Of a DNA stretch of 45,738 nt, positions 10,243-18,713 are shown one piece after another. This DNA comes from a virus (taxonomy: Duplodnaviria > Caudoviricetes), in IMG/VR virus record IMGVR_UViG_3300042901_001456, positions 1 to 45,738 of that record. One strand, given 5' to 3'. Made by a program: the position numbers and the translations under genes. The number at the start of each line of letters is the position of its first letter. The stretch's first letter is position 1. The notes beneath the pieces were generated by a model. The model was not told the DNA's origin. It searched no databases and worked only from the letters and a program-made list of their open reading frames with translations.

Positions 10243-10674
10243 ATGTTATACAATATAGAAATTGTTTATGGTGATGGACGGTCCACAAATGAAATTGTTC
10301 ACTCAAACAAACCACTCACAATTCATCCTAAACAAGATAATATAGTGTCATCTAGAGCAAGTATTCATAAATATGAAATTGAACATCATTTACCTCCAAC
10401 AATATTTGCTTCACCTACTGATAATAAAAAATATCTAGTACCAATGTGGATTGAAGTTCATCCACAAACAACTTATGATGATGTTGTTTGGATTAGACCT
10501 AAAGCTAAAAAAATAATTGAACATATTGATGGATCAATGGGTAAGTATAAAACCACTTATGATCCAAATAAGAAAACATATAAATGTACATGTATGGGAT
10601 TTTGGAGAAGTAAAGGTAATTGTAAACATGTTAAAGCACTTAAAGAGAAAAATTTGGTTATTCAATCTAAATAA
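10243..10674 (+). CDS. SWIM zinc-finger protein
   Basis: YKCTCMGFWRSKGNCKHV (CxC...CxH). Confidence 0.8.
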   Translation: MLYNIEIVYGDGRSTNEIVHSNKPLTIHPKQDNIVSSRASIHKYEIEHHLPPTIFASPTDNKKYLVPMWIEVHPQTTYDDVVWIRPKAKKIIEHIDGSMGKYKTTYDPNKKTYKCTCMGFWRSKGNCKHVKALKEKNLVIQSK

Positions 10675-10688
10675 TTTAAATTAATAAT

Positions 10689-11054
10689 ATGGAAAAAGAA
10701 TTTATCCCCTACGAACAAGCATTAGGACTTAAAGAGTTAGGTTTTGATTTGCCTTGTTTAGGTTATTATCACAATATTTTAGGCAGTGATAATGCGAATC
10801 TCTTTATTAAAGAAACCACAACAGAAATTTATGAAATGATAAACTTGCCCGAAGATATTTATACTCTCGCTCCACTCTACCAACAAGCGTTTAGGTGGTT
10901 TAGGGAGAAGTATGGATTAGTCTGTTATGTAAAATACGATTCAGGAATTTTTGAAGCATTTACAGATGGAGGATATTATAGTAAGTTTAATACCTGCCAA
11001 GAAGCAGAACTTGCTTGTCTTAAGAAACTAATTGAAGTAGTTAAAATTAAATAA
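10689..11054 (+). CDS. Conserved phage hypothetical protein
   Basis: EFIPYEQAL.LKELGFD..C and APLYQQAFRWFREK pattern, recalled as common in Bacteroidota phages. Confidence 0.65.
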   Translation: MEKEFIPYEQALGLKELGFDLPCLGYYHNILGSDNANLFIKETTTEIYEMINLPEDIYTLAPLYQQAFRWFREKYGLVCYVKYDSGIFEAFTDGGYYSKFNTCQEAELACLKKLIEVVKIK

Positions 11055-11096
11055 CCATTAAAACCTTATGGTGTATAGGTTAACCAAATAATTAAA

Positions 11097-11276
11097 GTGA
11101 AAACACAAACAAAAACAGTAGAAGAGATTACTAATGGGGCAGAATGCCCATTCCCAATCGGTGTAATTCCAAATAATATGGGAATCAATCTTGTCAGTGT
11201 AGATAGCATAACTTGGACTAGACAAGATGATGGTCAATTAGTAAACGTAACAATCAACTTTAAACCAACAAAATAA
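11097..11276 (+). CDS. Small hypothetical protein (59 aa, GTG start)
   Basis: Manually translated as MKTQTKTVEEITNGAECPFPIG...; fills the gap and has an A-rich upstream region. Confidence 0.5.
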   Translation: MKTQTKTVEEITNGAECPFPIGVIPNNMGINLVSVDSITWTRQDDGQLVNVTINFKPTK

Positions 11277-11281
11277 ATAAA

Positions 11282-11425
11282 ATGGAAAAAGAAGTATTAA
11301 TCACCAAGCTTGACAAGCAATTAGAGATTATTGCAGGTCGCATTTATGAATTAGAAATGGCTCTCGAAAAAGAAAGAAAGGAGTTTGTAGTAGTTCGTGA
11401 ATGTCAAGATTATTTAAAAGCTTAA
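11282..11425 (+). CDS. Small hypothetical coiled-coil protein (47 aa)
   Basis: Manually translated as MEKEVLITKLDKQLEIIAGRIYELEMALEKE... Confidence 0.5.
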   Translation: MEKEVLITKLDKQLEIIAGRIYELEMALEKERKEFVVVRECQDYLKA

Positions 11426-11469
11426 TTCTAAACGGGAAGCTGTGACAGGGCTTCCATTAAATTTAATCT

Positions 11470-11841
11470 ATGAAAACATTAAAAGTTATTAAACTTATTA
11501 CAGATGTTGTACTTATACTTGTAATAGTATTTACAGGTGTACAGATATACGAGTATTTCGCTATTAAGAATATCAATGATAGACACGAAGAGTTTTTGAA
11601 ATCTCCACAGTTTCATAAAATGATGGAGTTAAAAGAGATTTTAAAAGACTACAAGAGTGGGGATGATGAGACATACATTAAAAAACTTGTGAAAGAAATA
11701 ATAGTAGACCACGGATATGAACCATTCCAATTAGCCGGATACTTATGTGATTATGCACCAAACTATAAAAAAACTGCTATAAGTTGGGTAACTCCGTACC
11801 GACAGTATAGTCAGTACGAGGAATACCGTAATGCCAAATAA
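11470..11841 (+). CDS. Hypothetical membrane-anchored protein
   Basis: N-terminal hydrophobic helix VVLILVIVFTGVQIY. Confidence 0.55.
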   Translation: MKTLKVIKLITDVVLILVIVFTGVQIYEYFAIKNINDRHEEFLKSPQFHKMMELKEILKDYKSGDDETYIKKLVKEIIVDHGYEPFQLAGYLCDYAPNYKKTAISWVTPYRQYSQYEEYRNAK

Positions 11842-11858
11842 TCATTAAAACAGATAAT

Positions 11859-12122
11859 ATGGAAACACACAAAACAAAACAAATCGAAATTAGCACTAAA
11901 GAATCAGAGGGATTAGTAGCCGATCTGATTAATGAAATTAATCAAATGAAAAGTTACGGTCAAGTAGAAGAACAGACAAAGTTAGAAAATATAACAGATG
12001 AAGAATGTAATATGGGGGAAAACAAAAAATGCAATATTTTATGTCTTGGGTCACTTGCCGTAGCAGCTATATCTTTTTATATCGTAGTAAACCTTGTTAT
12101 TCACGTCTTAACTTTACTTTAA
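11859..12122 (+). CDS. Hypothetical protein with C-terminal transmembrane helix
   Basis: C-terminal LGSLAVAAISFYIVVNLVIHVLTLL. Confidence 0.5.
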   Translation: METHKTKQIEISTKESEGLVADLINEINQMKSYGQVEEQTKLENITDEECNMGENKKCNILCLGSLAVAAISFYIVVNLVIHVLTLL

Positions 12123-12168
12123 TAATCTATTCTCAACACATCTTCCCCTAACATTAAAAACAAATAAT

Positions 12169-12447
12169 ATGAATGAAATATATCTAGGTAATGGTAGTAA
12201 TTACACAGTTCAATCATCTCAAAATGTTGAATTAAAAGAAACATTAGTATTAATGAATGGAAGTATTGAACCAATTCAACTAGATATAAAAATCATAGCT
12301 GATTTCTCTACTATACCAGAACATTATCATGAGGTGTTTCTTAATATGATGACATCTAAATATTATGGAAGAGCATCATTTGGTGATAATCCATTTAGCC
12401 AATGTTTACCGCCTAAAAGAAAACGTTGGTATCAATTTTGGCGTTGA
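12169..12447 (+). CDS. Hypothetical protein
   Basis: 92-aa ORF ending in KRKRWYQFWR (amphipathic tail). Confidence 0.55.
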   Translation: MNEIYLGNGSNYTVQSSQNVELKETLVLMNGSIEPIQLDIKIIADFSTIPEHYHEVFLNMMTSKYYGRASFGDNPFSQCLPPKRKRWYQFWR

Positions 12448-12470
12448 GTATTCCTTATGTTGATGTGGGG

Positions 12471-12479
12471 ATATTTATA
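12471..12479 (+). promoter_or_regulatory. ATATTTATA putative late promoter element
   Basis: Just upstream of the homing endonuclease ATG. Confidence 0.5.
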
Positions 12480-12483
12480 ATAG

Positions 12484-13086
12484 ATGACTTATATATATTT
12501 AATAGAAAATTGTTATAATAACCCTAATAATGTTTATATAGGTAAAACAAAATCCCCAGATATTAGAGAGTATCATCATAAAAGAATATATGGTAATCAA
12601 ATTAAATTTAATGTTATAGACCAAGTTGATTCATTGATTCGTAAAGATTGGGAACCATTAGAATCATATTGGTTAGAACAGTTTAGACAATGGGGATTTA
12701 AAGTAGTAAATAATAATAAGAAAGGAGGAGGGGGAATGGAGTATTGGACTGATGAAATGAAAATAAAATTAAAAAACAATAAAGAACGAGGTAAAAAAAT
12801 ATCAGCAACTAATAAAGGTAGATTAAGTCCTATTAAAGGGAAAAAATTATCTGAAGGACATAAAGCTAAAATAAAAGCCAAGCGAGGACATTTATTAGGC
12901 AGAAAAAACACTTGGCAGGTGACACCTGTTTTACAATTTGATAAACAAGGTAATTTTATTAAAGAATGGAATTCACAAAGTGAAGCACAATTATTTTTTA
13001 ATAAACCTAGTAGTGATGGAATAGGAGCTGTATGTAGAGGAAAACAAAAAACCGCTTATAATTATATTTGGAAATTTAAAAATTAA
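12484..13086 (+). CDS. GIY-YIG homing endonuclease with NUMOD3 and NUMOD1/IENR1 DNA-binding modules
   Basis: YIYLIEN...VYIGKT (GIY-YIG), KGKKLSEGHKAKI (NUMOD3), VLQFDKQGNFIKEWNSQSEA...CRGKQKTAYNYIWKF (NUMOD1). Confidence 0.85.
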   Translation: MTYIYLIENCYNNPNNVYIGKTKSPDIREYHHKRIYGNQIKFNVIDQVDSLIRKDWEPLESYWLEQFRQWGFKVVNNNKKGGGGMEYWTDEMKIKLKNNKERGKKISATNKGRLSPIKGKKLSEGHKAKIKAKRGHLLGRKNTWQVTPVLQFDKQGNFIKEWNSQSEAQLFFNKPSSDGIGAVCRGKQKTAYNYIWKFKN

Positions 13087-13090
13087 TATT

Positions 13091-13345
13091 ATGTTGACAA
13101 TTAAGTATTTCACAAGCACTTGGTGTGGACCTTGTAAAATGTTTGGACCAACGTTTGATAAAGCAGTACTGGAAACAGGAGTTAATTATCAAAAAGTAGA
13201 TGTTGATTCAAATAAAGATTTAGCATTACAATATGGAGTTATGAGTGTCCCTACACTTATATTTGAACGTGATGGAGTTGTGGTCAATAGAAGAACTGGG
13301 GTGTGTTCTTATAATGAATTGGTCACAATGATTAATCGATTGTGA
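13091..13345 (+). CDS. trxA: Thioredoxin
   Basis: WCGPC active site, VDVD, VMSVPTL. Confidence 0.92.
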   Translation: MLTIKYFTSTWCGPCKMFGPTFDKAVLETGVNYQKVDVDSNKDLALQYGVMSVPTLIFERDGVVVNRRTGVCSYNELVTMINRL

Positions 13346-13350
13346 TTGAT

Positions 13351-13376
13351 TGACCCGGGTTCTCATGTTAAATTTA
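13351..13376 (+). promoter_or_regulatory. TGACC-N13-TAnnTTTA promoter motif
   Basis: TGACC cgggttctcatgt TAAATTTA. Confidence 0.72.
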
Positions 13377-13399
13377 ATTATAAATAAAAATTAAAAAAT

Positions 13400-13639
13400 A
13401 TGGGAAGACACGTAAATTACGCAGATGAGCAAGACAGGTGGTTAAACAAAGCTGAAAAACTTAACCGTAAAGGTAAAAAACATCAGCGATTAGAAGACAA
13501 AGATCCAAGTAATCTTACTTTAGCTGAACAATTGGAATTGGAACGTCGTAGAATTAAAGCAGCTAGACAACAAAAAGAAGAACAAGTTATGGTTCCTAAG
13601 AAAGAAGAAATTAGGATTAGCCATTATCGACCCAAATAA
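13400..13639 (+). CDS. Hypothetical basic protein
   Basis: 79-aa ORF downstream of a TGACC promoter motif. Confidence 0.55.
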   Translation: MGRHVNYADEQDRWLNKAEKLNRKGKKHQRLEDKDPSNLTLAEQLELERRRIKAARQQKEEQVMVPKKEEIRISHYRPK

Positions 13640-13653
13640 GGATTTTATATTTA
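13628..13653 (+). promoter_or_regulatory. Variant promoter motif (CGACC)
   Basis: CGACC caaataaggattt TATATTTA, upstream of the DUF932 gene. Confidence 0.65.
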
Positions 13654-13675
13654 GGTATAAATAAAAATAAAAGTT

Positions 13676-14464
13676 ATGAAACAAGTATTTAATGAGCTGT
13701 CCATGGCGGACATCAAGAAAACCGCTCCGAGTGTTTTCCAAACAAACCAAAAAGGTAATCTCAGTAAACATTACGTACACATCCCCACCGACAAGGTAAT
13801 TAATGACATGATTCAATTAGGTTGGAAACCATGTCAAGCGGTTGAAATCAAAGCTCGTAAAAAGAACACAATTGGTTATCAACGCCACATGATTAAGTTT
13901 TTTAATCCAAGTATTGAAATCACTGGTTCAAATGGTGATAATGTTTACCCACAAATATTACTTACAAATAGCCATGACGGGTTGAGTTCATTTAAATTCC
14001 AAATTGGATTATTCAGATTGGTATGTTCAAATGGATTAGTTGTTATGGATCAAAACTATGGTGATTTTAAATTACGCCATATGGGTTATACATTTGCTGA
14101 ACTACAACAAAAAGTATCTGATGCTGTAGCGGCGTTTCCAGGTTTGGTTAAGAAAATTAATGAGTTTCAAAATATTGAATTGAGTGATTGGCAAGTAAAG
14201 AAATTTGCTAAAGGAGCAGCACTGGTTCGTTTTGGTGAAAATGTTAAGGTTGATATTGATGAACTAATTAAAGTTGAACGTAATGAAGATGCTGGTAACA
14301 GTTTATGGGCTGTATTCAATCGAGTTCAAGAAAAATTGATTGGTGGTAATTGTTCATATACAATGGGTGCTAGGGTTCGTAAAGCTAGAGCAATTAAAAA
14401 CTTTAGCATGGACTTAAAAATCAATGAAGCGCTTTGGACATTAGCTGAGGAGTACGTTAAATAG
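13676..14464 (+). CDS. DUF932/DUF945 family protein
   Basis: APSVF, YVHIPT, ILLTNSHDG, GLFRLVCSNGL, LWAVFNRVQE, INEALW. Confidence 0.88.
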   Translation: MKQVFNELSMADIKKTAPSVFQTNQKGNLSKHYVHIPTDKVINDMIQLGWKPCQAVEIKARKKNTIGYQRHMIKFFNPSIEITGSNGDNVYPQILLTNSHDGLSSFKFQIGLFRLVCSNGLVVMDQNYGDFKLRHMGYTFAELQQKVSDAVAAFPGLVKKINEFQNIELSDWQVKKFAKGAALVRFGENVKVDIDELIKVERNEDAGNSLWAVFNRVQEKLIGGNCSYTMGARVRKARAIKNFSMDLKINEALWTLAEEYVK

Positions 14465-14477
14465 TACTCCCAGCTTT
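14443..14477 (+). terminator. Hairpin spanning the DUF932 stop; probable terminator
   Basis: AGCTG-A-GGAGTAC / GTACTCC-CAGCT with a short T tail. Confidence 0.5.
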
Positions 14478-14480
14478 AAA

Positions 14481-14489
14481 ATATTTATA
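14481..14489 (+). promoter_or_regulatory. ATATTTATA putative late promoter element
   Basis: After a hairpin, upstream of ATG 14500. Confidence 0.5.
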
Positions 14490-14499
14490 ACAAAATGCC

Positions 14500-14793
14500 A
14501 TGGCCAAAGTATTTGAATTCAAATCAGTTGGTGACCTTAAATTAAAGGTTGAAGGCAAAGATTTATATATATCTATAGAAGTATATACTCAAATCAAAAA
14601 GGCATTTTATGATAAAAGAAATAGAAAAAAGGTAACCGCGTTTTCAGCCAAAGTAGGTAATCATGATATTATTGATTTTGTGTTGGAGCGTGACCAATGG
14701 AGAACATCATTAAACACATGTTTAGATGTTTTTGTTAAAAATGAAATGTATGAAGAATGTGCTGTAATTAGAGATATGTTAAATGGATTATAA
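14500..14793 (+). CDS. Hypothetical protein with C-terminal UVR-like motif
   Basis: QWRTSLNTCLDVFVKNEMYEECAVIRD; paralog of 8210..8530. Confidence 0.55.
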   Translation: MAKVFEFKSVGDLKLKVEGKDLYISIEVYTQIKKAFYDKRNRKKVTAFSAKVGNHDIIDFVLERDQWRTSLNTCLDVFVKNEMYEECAVIRDMLNGL

Positions 14794-15187
14794 TATGTTA
14801 ACTAGGGATGACATAACAAGATCAAATGCTATTAAAATATTTAACTGGTGTAAAAAACAGTTTGGTGTTAGTCCTATAAATGGTTCATATCCTAAGTTAG
14901 TGTTTCATAAAAAAGCTCAATATGCTGGTTTTTATGATCCATGGAAAAATGAAATACATGTTTGTAAAAAACATCATAGAACAATTTTAGGTTTCATATC
15001 AACTATTATTCATGAGTTTGTACATTACAGGTATCACAGTATTAAAAAACAATATCAAAAACTAGATAAAATTTATACTTATAAATCACATCCAATGGAA
15101 CGAGAGGCAAATAAGTTGGAAAGAAAGTATAAATGGGTTTGTTATTATGATTGTTTCTCACCAAACGATTTATTTAAAAATATTTAA
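14783..15187 (+). CDS. Zincin-like metallopeptidase (HExxH)
   Basis: AGFY, TIIHEFVHY, downstream PMEREA providing a third-ligand Glu. Confidence 0.75.
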   Translation: MDYNMLTRDDITRSNAIKIFNWCKKQFGVSPINGSYPKLVFHKKAQYAGFYDPWKNEIHVCKKHHRTILGFISTIIHEFVHYRYHSIKKQYQKLDKIYTYKSHPMEREANKLERKYKWVCYYDCFSPNDLFKNI

Positions 15188-15215
15188 GATTTCATACTTT
15201 TAATTTTTATTTATC

Positions 15216-15245
15216 GCCCTGATGTTTCTACATCGGGGCTTTTTT
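15216..15245 (+). terminator. Intrinsic terminator
   Basis: GCCCTGATGT ttct ACATCGGGGC followed by TTTTTT. Confidence 0.8.
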
Positions 15246-15270
15246 AACCTTGATTAACTAATTATGTTTA
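15245..15270 (+). promoter_or_regulatory. Variant promoter motif (TAACC)
   Basis: TAACC ttgattaactaat TATGTTTA. Confidence 0.45.
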
Positions 15271-15286
15271 ATTAAATATTTATAAC

Positions 15287-15511
15287 ATGAATATCGATTA
15301 CACAACTAGAGAAATTATTAGTAAGTATGTTAATGAATATGTTCCTGAAGGTATTCATGAACAATATCATGTTGATTGTAGAGAACATACAGAACGAATA
15401 ATTGAGGCAATGATTGAAAATAATGTGATTGATAATGAAGAAACAACAATTGAAGCAGTTTGCTTATGTTGGAATGAGTTTATGTATAAAAAGTTTAGTT
15501 TACTAAACTAA
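15287..15511 (+). CDS. Hypothetical protein
   Basis: 74-aa ORF with upstream promoter motifs. Confidence 0.55.
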   Translation: MNIDYTTREIISKYVNEYVPEGIHEQYHVDCREHTERIIEAMIENNVIDNEETTIEAVCLCWNEFMYKKFSLLN

Positions 15512-15541
15512 TTTTTAACGAAACAACCCTTATATGGACCG

Positions 15542-15895
15542 ATGCACAACCCATTTGAAAAATTTGCAGACAAGATGCTGCATCGTGATAAGAAGGGACA
15601 AGACCTTAAAAAATACTCTATTGACTTAAGTGGTGTATTAGGAGAAGGAATTGATAATAAAGAATTACAACATAACGAAAATAGAAAGTTAGTTGGTGTA
15701 ACTAAAACATGTTTGATGAATAAATTACATTTCTGGATTAATAAAAAAACTGGAGATCACTCATCACGTATTTCTTATTTAGAACGTGACATAAAACAAG
15801 CCGCATATATTTGTGATCAAATTAACCAGGATAAATACACAAAAGACGACATAACAAAGTTACGTAATATCCTACAAAAACATAATTGTTTATAG
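15542..15895 (+). CDS. Hypothetical protein
   Basis: 117-aa ORF. Confidence 0.55.
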   Translation: MHNPFEKFADKMLHRDKKGQDLKKYSIDLSGVLGEGIDNKELQHNENRKLVGVTKTCLMNKLHFWINKKTGDHSSRISYLERDIKQAAYICDQINQDKYTKDDITKLRNILQKHNCL

Positions 15896-15944
15896 AACGT
15901 TGATAATTAACGTCCTATAGAACGTTGAAAATCAACGTCTTATA
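15891..15944. repeat. Tandem 25-bp imperfect palindromic repeat (IHF-like/operator sites)
   Basis: TATAGAACGTTGATAATTAACGTCC + TATAGAACGTTGAAAATCAACGTCT + TATA; the second copy contains AATCAAcgtcTTA, matching WATCAANNNNTTR. Confidence 0.75.
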
Positions 15945-15973
15945 ACGTGAAATTCGTGGAAAATCCGTGAGGA

Positions 15974-15999
15974 TGACCACGACTCTCATGCTATCTTTA
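15974..15999 (+). promoter_or_regulatory. TGACC-N13-TAnnTTTA promoter motif
   Basis: TGACC acgactctcatgc TATCTTTA. Confidence 0.72.
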
Positions 16000-16045
16000 T
16001 TATATAAGAAAGTAAGTAAGAAAATGGGAAGAAAGAAAAAACAAA

Positions 16046-16071
16046 TGACCGCAACTGAGATGTTAAATTTA
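16046..16071 (+). promoter_or_regulatory. TGACC-N13-TAnnTTTA promoter motif
   Basis: TGACC gcaactgagatgt TAAATTTA; tandem with the copy at 15974. Confidence 0.72.
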
Positions 16072-16092
16072 AATATAAATAAAAACACAAGT

Positions 16093-16908
16093 ATGAATAC
16101 AGGTAAAAGAAGAGGTAGACCACGTAAAAATCAGGTTATGGAGTATCAAGTATCTGTTCCTGCTAAAATTGACTTTGAAATTGTTAAGTTGAATGATTTA
16201 GATATTGATCCAAGAATGATGGATACAATGAAGAGTGGTATGATTGTTGATGACCTGATTTCACACGAAGGTGGTATACCATGTGCAACTAATATTATGT
16301 GTATAGGTGACCCAGGAGTAGGTAAAACAACTGTGTTACTAGATATTTTAGCTGGTGTTCAGAATCGTGGACGTAAGTGTTTGTTTATATCAGGTGAAAT
16401 GGGTAAAAAACAAATGTTCAAATACACACAACGTTTCCCACAATTTGGTTCTGTTCAAACATTGTTCATGAGTGATTATTTAGAGCATAACACAAAAGAT
16501 GTTATTGAAGGTGTTATGAACATGGGTTGGGATTTGATTTTGATTGACTCAATTGCTGAAATTATTGAAGGTGTTCGTGACGACAATAAATGGGATCGTA
16601 AGCAAGCTGAATCATGGTTGGTTGATTTGTGTGTTAAGAATAATAAAGGTGAAAATAAGAAAGACGCTTACACATCGTTTTTATTGATTCAACAAGTTAC
16701 TAAATCAGGTGAGTTTGTAGGTTCAAATAAATTGAAACACATGACGGACGCAATGATGGAGATGAGACGTGAATCAGAAAGAGATGGTGGTGGAACATAT
16801 ATGAACTTCATCAAAAACAGAAACGGTAATGTTGATGTTAAGTTTGGTTACCAATTACAAAACGATAGCATCTATTACGGAACAACGGTAAATGAGGATG
16901 CTGAATAA
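16093..16908 (+). CDS. RadA/Sms-like RecA-fold ATPase with N-terminal AT-hook
   Basis: GDPGVGKT (Walker A), FISGEM, LILIDS (Walker B), QVTKSG, LKHMTD, KNRNG (KNRFG-like); N-terminal KRRGRPRK. Start set at ATG 16093, downstream of the promoter motif at 16046. Confidence 0.82.
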   Translation: MNTGKRRGRPRKNQVMEYQVSVPAKIDFEIVKLNDLDIDPRMMDTMKSGMIVDDLISHEGGIPCATNIMCIGDPGVGKTTVLLDILAGVQNRGRKCLFISGEMGKKQMFKYTQRFPQFGSVQTLFMSDYLEHNTKDVIEGVMNMGWDLILIDSIAEIIEGVRDDNKWDRKQAESWLVDLCVKNNKGENKKDAYTSFLLIQQVTKSGEFVGSNKLKHMTDAMMEMRRESERDGGGTYMNFIKNRNGNVDVKFGYQLQNDSIYYGTTVNEDAE

Positions 16909-16934
16909 GCACCTCAATTACTTTATTATATTTA
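16909..16934 (+). promoter_or_regulatory. Variant promoter motif (GCACC)
   Basis: GCACC tcaattactttat TATATTTA. Confidence 0.55.
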
Positions 16935-16948
16935 AATAAATAAAAGTT

Positions 16949-17827
16949 ATGAATACTAAACAAGTTTTGTACAACGCACTTCAAGTACAATTAGATACTA
17001 AGAAACAAGCTTATGATGTTTATAATGAAACTGTTACTAAACCTGCTTGTCATGAATTAATTACTAATATCAGATCATTCATAACATCAATAGCTCCTAT
17101 TGATGATAGTATGGAGATGGATCTTAATAACCGTACAATACGAATTAAAACTGATAATGATCGTTATTCAAGTAATATTGAAGTTGTTTTACATACAACT
17201 TGGCAAAATGATAAAGCTAATTATTGGGTTGATTTAGAGTGGAATAGTGGCTCATATAATTTGGTTGGTAAAAGTGATAAACTAAATCATATTAATATAT
17301 TACATTCACTCGCTAATAATTTAGAGTCAATTAGTGATAAATTCATTAATGAATGGAGAAATGAATGGGGTAAGATTTGGGACGCTGATCATGTCGTTCA
17401 AAAAGAATATACTGATTTACAAAATGCTTTAAACACATTATCAAATGAGATTCATTGTGATAGTGTTGATGCTATGAAAGAAATTGGTTTTGAAGTTAAA
17501 CAATTTAAACCACAATATAGTTTGGATTGGAATTATAAAGATAATAATGAACGAGTATATAGAATAAACACTGATAGAAAATCAATTAGAGTCCAATATG
17601 GTCGTTCACAATATGATACAGTTTGGGTTAATGGTTTTAAAGTATTAGGTAAGAAAGGTAATAAATATAATGTTGAAGTGTATAGAGAAGGTTATCCAGA
17701 TGCAAAATATGATGTATTAGAAAAGAAATTTGAAACATTTATTGATGATGTAGCTAATTGGGAGTATAAACAAGCTGATAAACGCAAAGCTGAAATGGAG
17801 AAAAGTTTTGCTGAGCGAACTAAATAA
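16949..17827 (+). CDS. Hypothetical protein
   Basis: 292-aa ORF with AAAGTTATG start context. Confidence 0.7.
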   Translation: MNTKQVLYNALQVQLDTKKQAYDVYNETVTKPACHELITNIRSFITSIAPIDDSMEMDLNNRTIRIKTDNDRYSSNIEVVLHTTWQNDKANYWVDLEWNSGSYNLVGKSDKLNHINILHSLANNLESISDKFINEWRNEWGKIWDADHVVQKEYTDLQNALNTLSNEIHCDSVDAMKEIGFEVKQFKPQYSLDWNYKDNNERVYRINTDRKSIRVQYGRSQYDTVWVNGFKVLGKKGNKYNVEVYREGYPDAKYDVLEKKFETFIDDVANWEYKQADKRKAEMEKSFAERTK

Positions 17828-17837
17828 ATTATCTTAA
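17812..17837 (+). promoter_or_regulatory. Variant promoter motif (TGAGC)
   Basis: TGAGC gaactaaataaat TATCTTAA. Confidence 0.45.
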
Positions 17838-17857
17838 ATTAAAATAAAATCAAAGTT

Positions 17858-18070
17858 ATGGCAAAGAAATTTTACATCGAGAAAGAAGTTGAGTATAAAC
17901 ATGGTAAAGTAGACACTTGGTACTATGTTAAACTACAAACAGAAACTGACATTCAAATTGTTGATTTAGTTAAAGATGATGAAGAAAAAGCTAATGAAAT
18001 GCTTGAAGTAGCTGTTAACGCTTGGGTTCCAAAAAGTAAATCAATTATTAAAGAAGTAGTAGTTGAATAA
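17858..18070 (+). CDS. Hypothetical protein
   Basis: AAATCAAAGTTATG start context. Confidence 0.65.
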   Translation: MAKKFYIEKEVEYKHGKVDTWYYVKLQTETDIQIVDLVKDDEEKANEMLEVAVNAWVPKSKSIIKEVVVE

Positions 18071-18084
18071 TTAAAATCAAAGTT

Positions 18085-18312
18085 ATGTCAAAGAAAAAAA
18101 CAACCTCCAAACAAATGTATATTGCTATTGATAACAATCGAGATGAAGTTATTGCAATGGGTGTATTAGGTGATCTTATAAAAGCAATTGAAGAACATAT
18201 TGATATGGAAGATTATGATTCACTTGATGTTGAAAATATCAAAGTATTTGAATTAGGTAAGGAAAAAATGGTATTAGCTCACACTCGTTTTGATATAACA
18301 ATTGGAGAATAA
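18085..18312 (+). CDS. Hypothetical protein
   Basis: AAATCAAAGTTATG start context. Confidence 0.65.
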   Translation: MSKKKTTSKQMYIAIDNNRDEVIAMGVLGDLIKAIEEHIDMEDYDSLDVENIKVFELGKEKMVLAHTRFDITIGE

Positions 18313-18313
18313 T

Positions 18314-18607
18314 ATGGGGCGTAGACATAGACCAACACCAGAAGAAATAGTTAGGACAGTGATTAATAAAATGTTTGAAATTGCTGGCCATGATGTTACT
18401 TATGAACAAATAGCAGACCGTAAAGACGAGTGGTACACTGAGTGGACAATGACTGTGGCGCAGGATGAAGAGTGGAAAAAATGGATGAAAGAATACTTTC
18501 AAAAAGAATGTAAAATGTTTGCTAAAATAGCTGAGCGTGAAGCAGCTATGTGTTCATTAAATTGGGGATTAAAACTTAGTGACTTTAAATATACTAATGA
18601 TGAATGA
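18314..18607 (+). CDS. Hypothetical protein
   Basis: Trp-rich ORF; ATG 18314 preferred over TTG 18302. Confidence 0.6.
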   Translation: MGRRHRPTPEEIVRTVINKMFEIAGHDVTYEQIADRKDEWYTEWTMTVAQDEEWKKWMKEYFQKECKMFAKIAEREAAMCSLNWGLKLSDFKYTNDE

Positions 18608-18713
18608 TTATCAAGGTAAAAAACCAAACCAAGTTAAAAATAGTGAGCAATTATTTTTCTGGAGTGTTATTTTATTTATTATTACTTTAGTTGTTTTAAA
18701 AATAATTCAATGA
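18600..18713 (+). CDS. Small membrane protein (37 aa)
   Basis: MNDYQGKKPNQVKNSEQLFFWSVILFIITLVVLKIIQ; ATGA overlap with the next gene. Confidence 0.5.
   Translation: MNDYQGKKPNQVKNSEQLFFWSVILFIITLVVLKIIQ

Noticed and set aside
15891-15944. Mini-CRISPR at the 25-bp repeats
   Set aside because: The copies abut directly with no spacers.
15967-16092. N-terminal extension of the RadA-like ORF in the ORF track
   Set aside because: This stretch contains two promoter motifs and AT tracts; ATG 16093 after the second promoter is the more plausible start.
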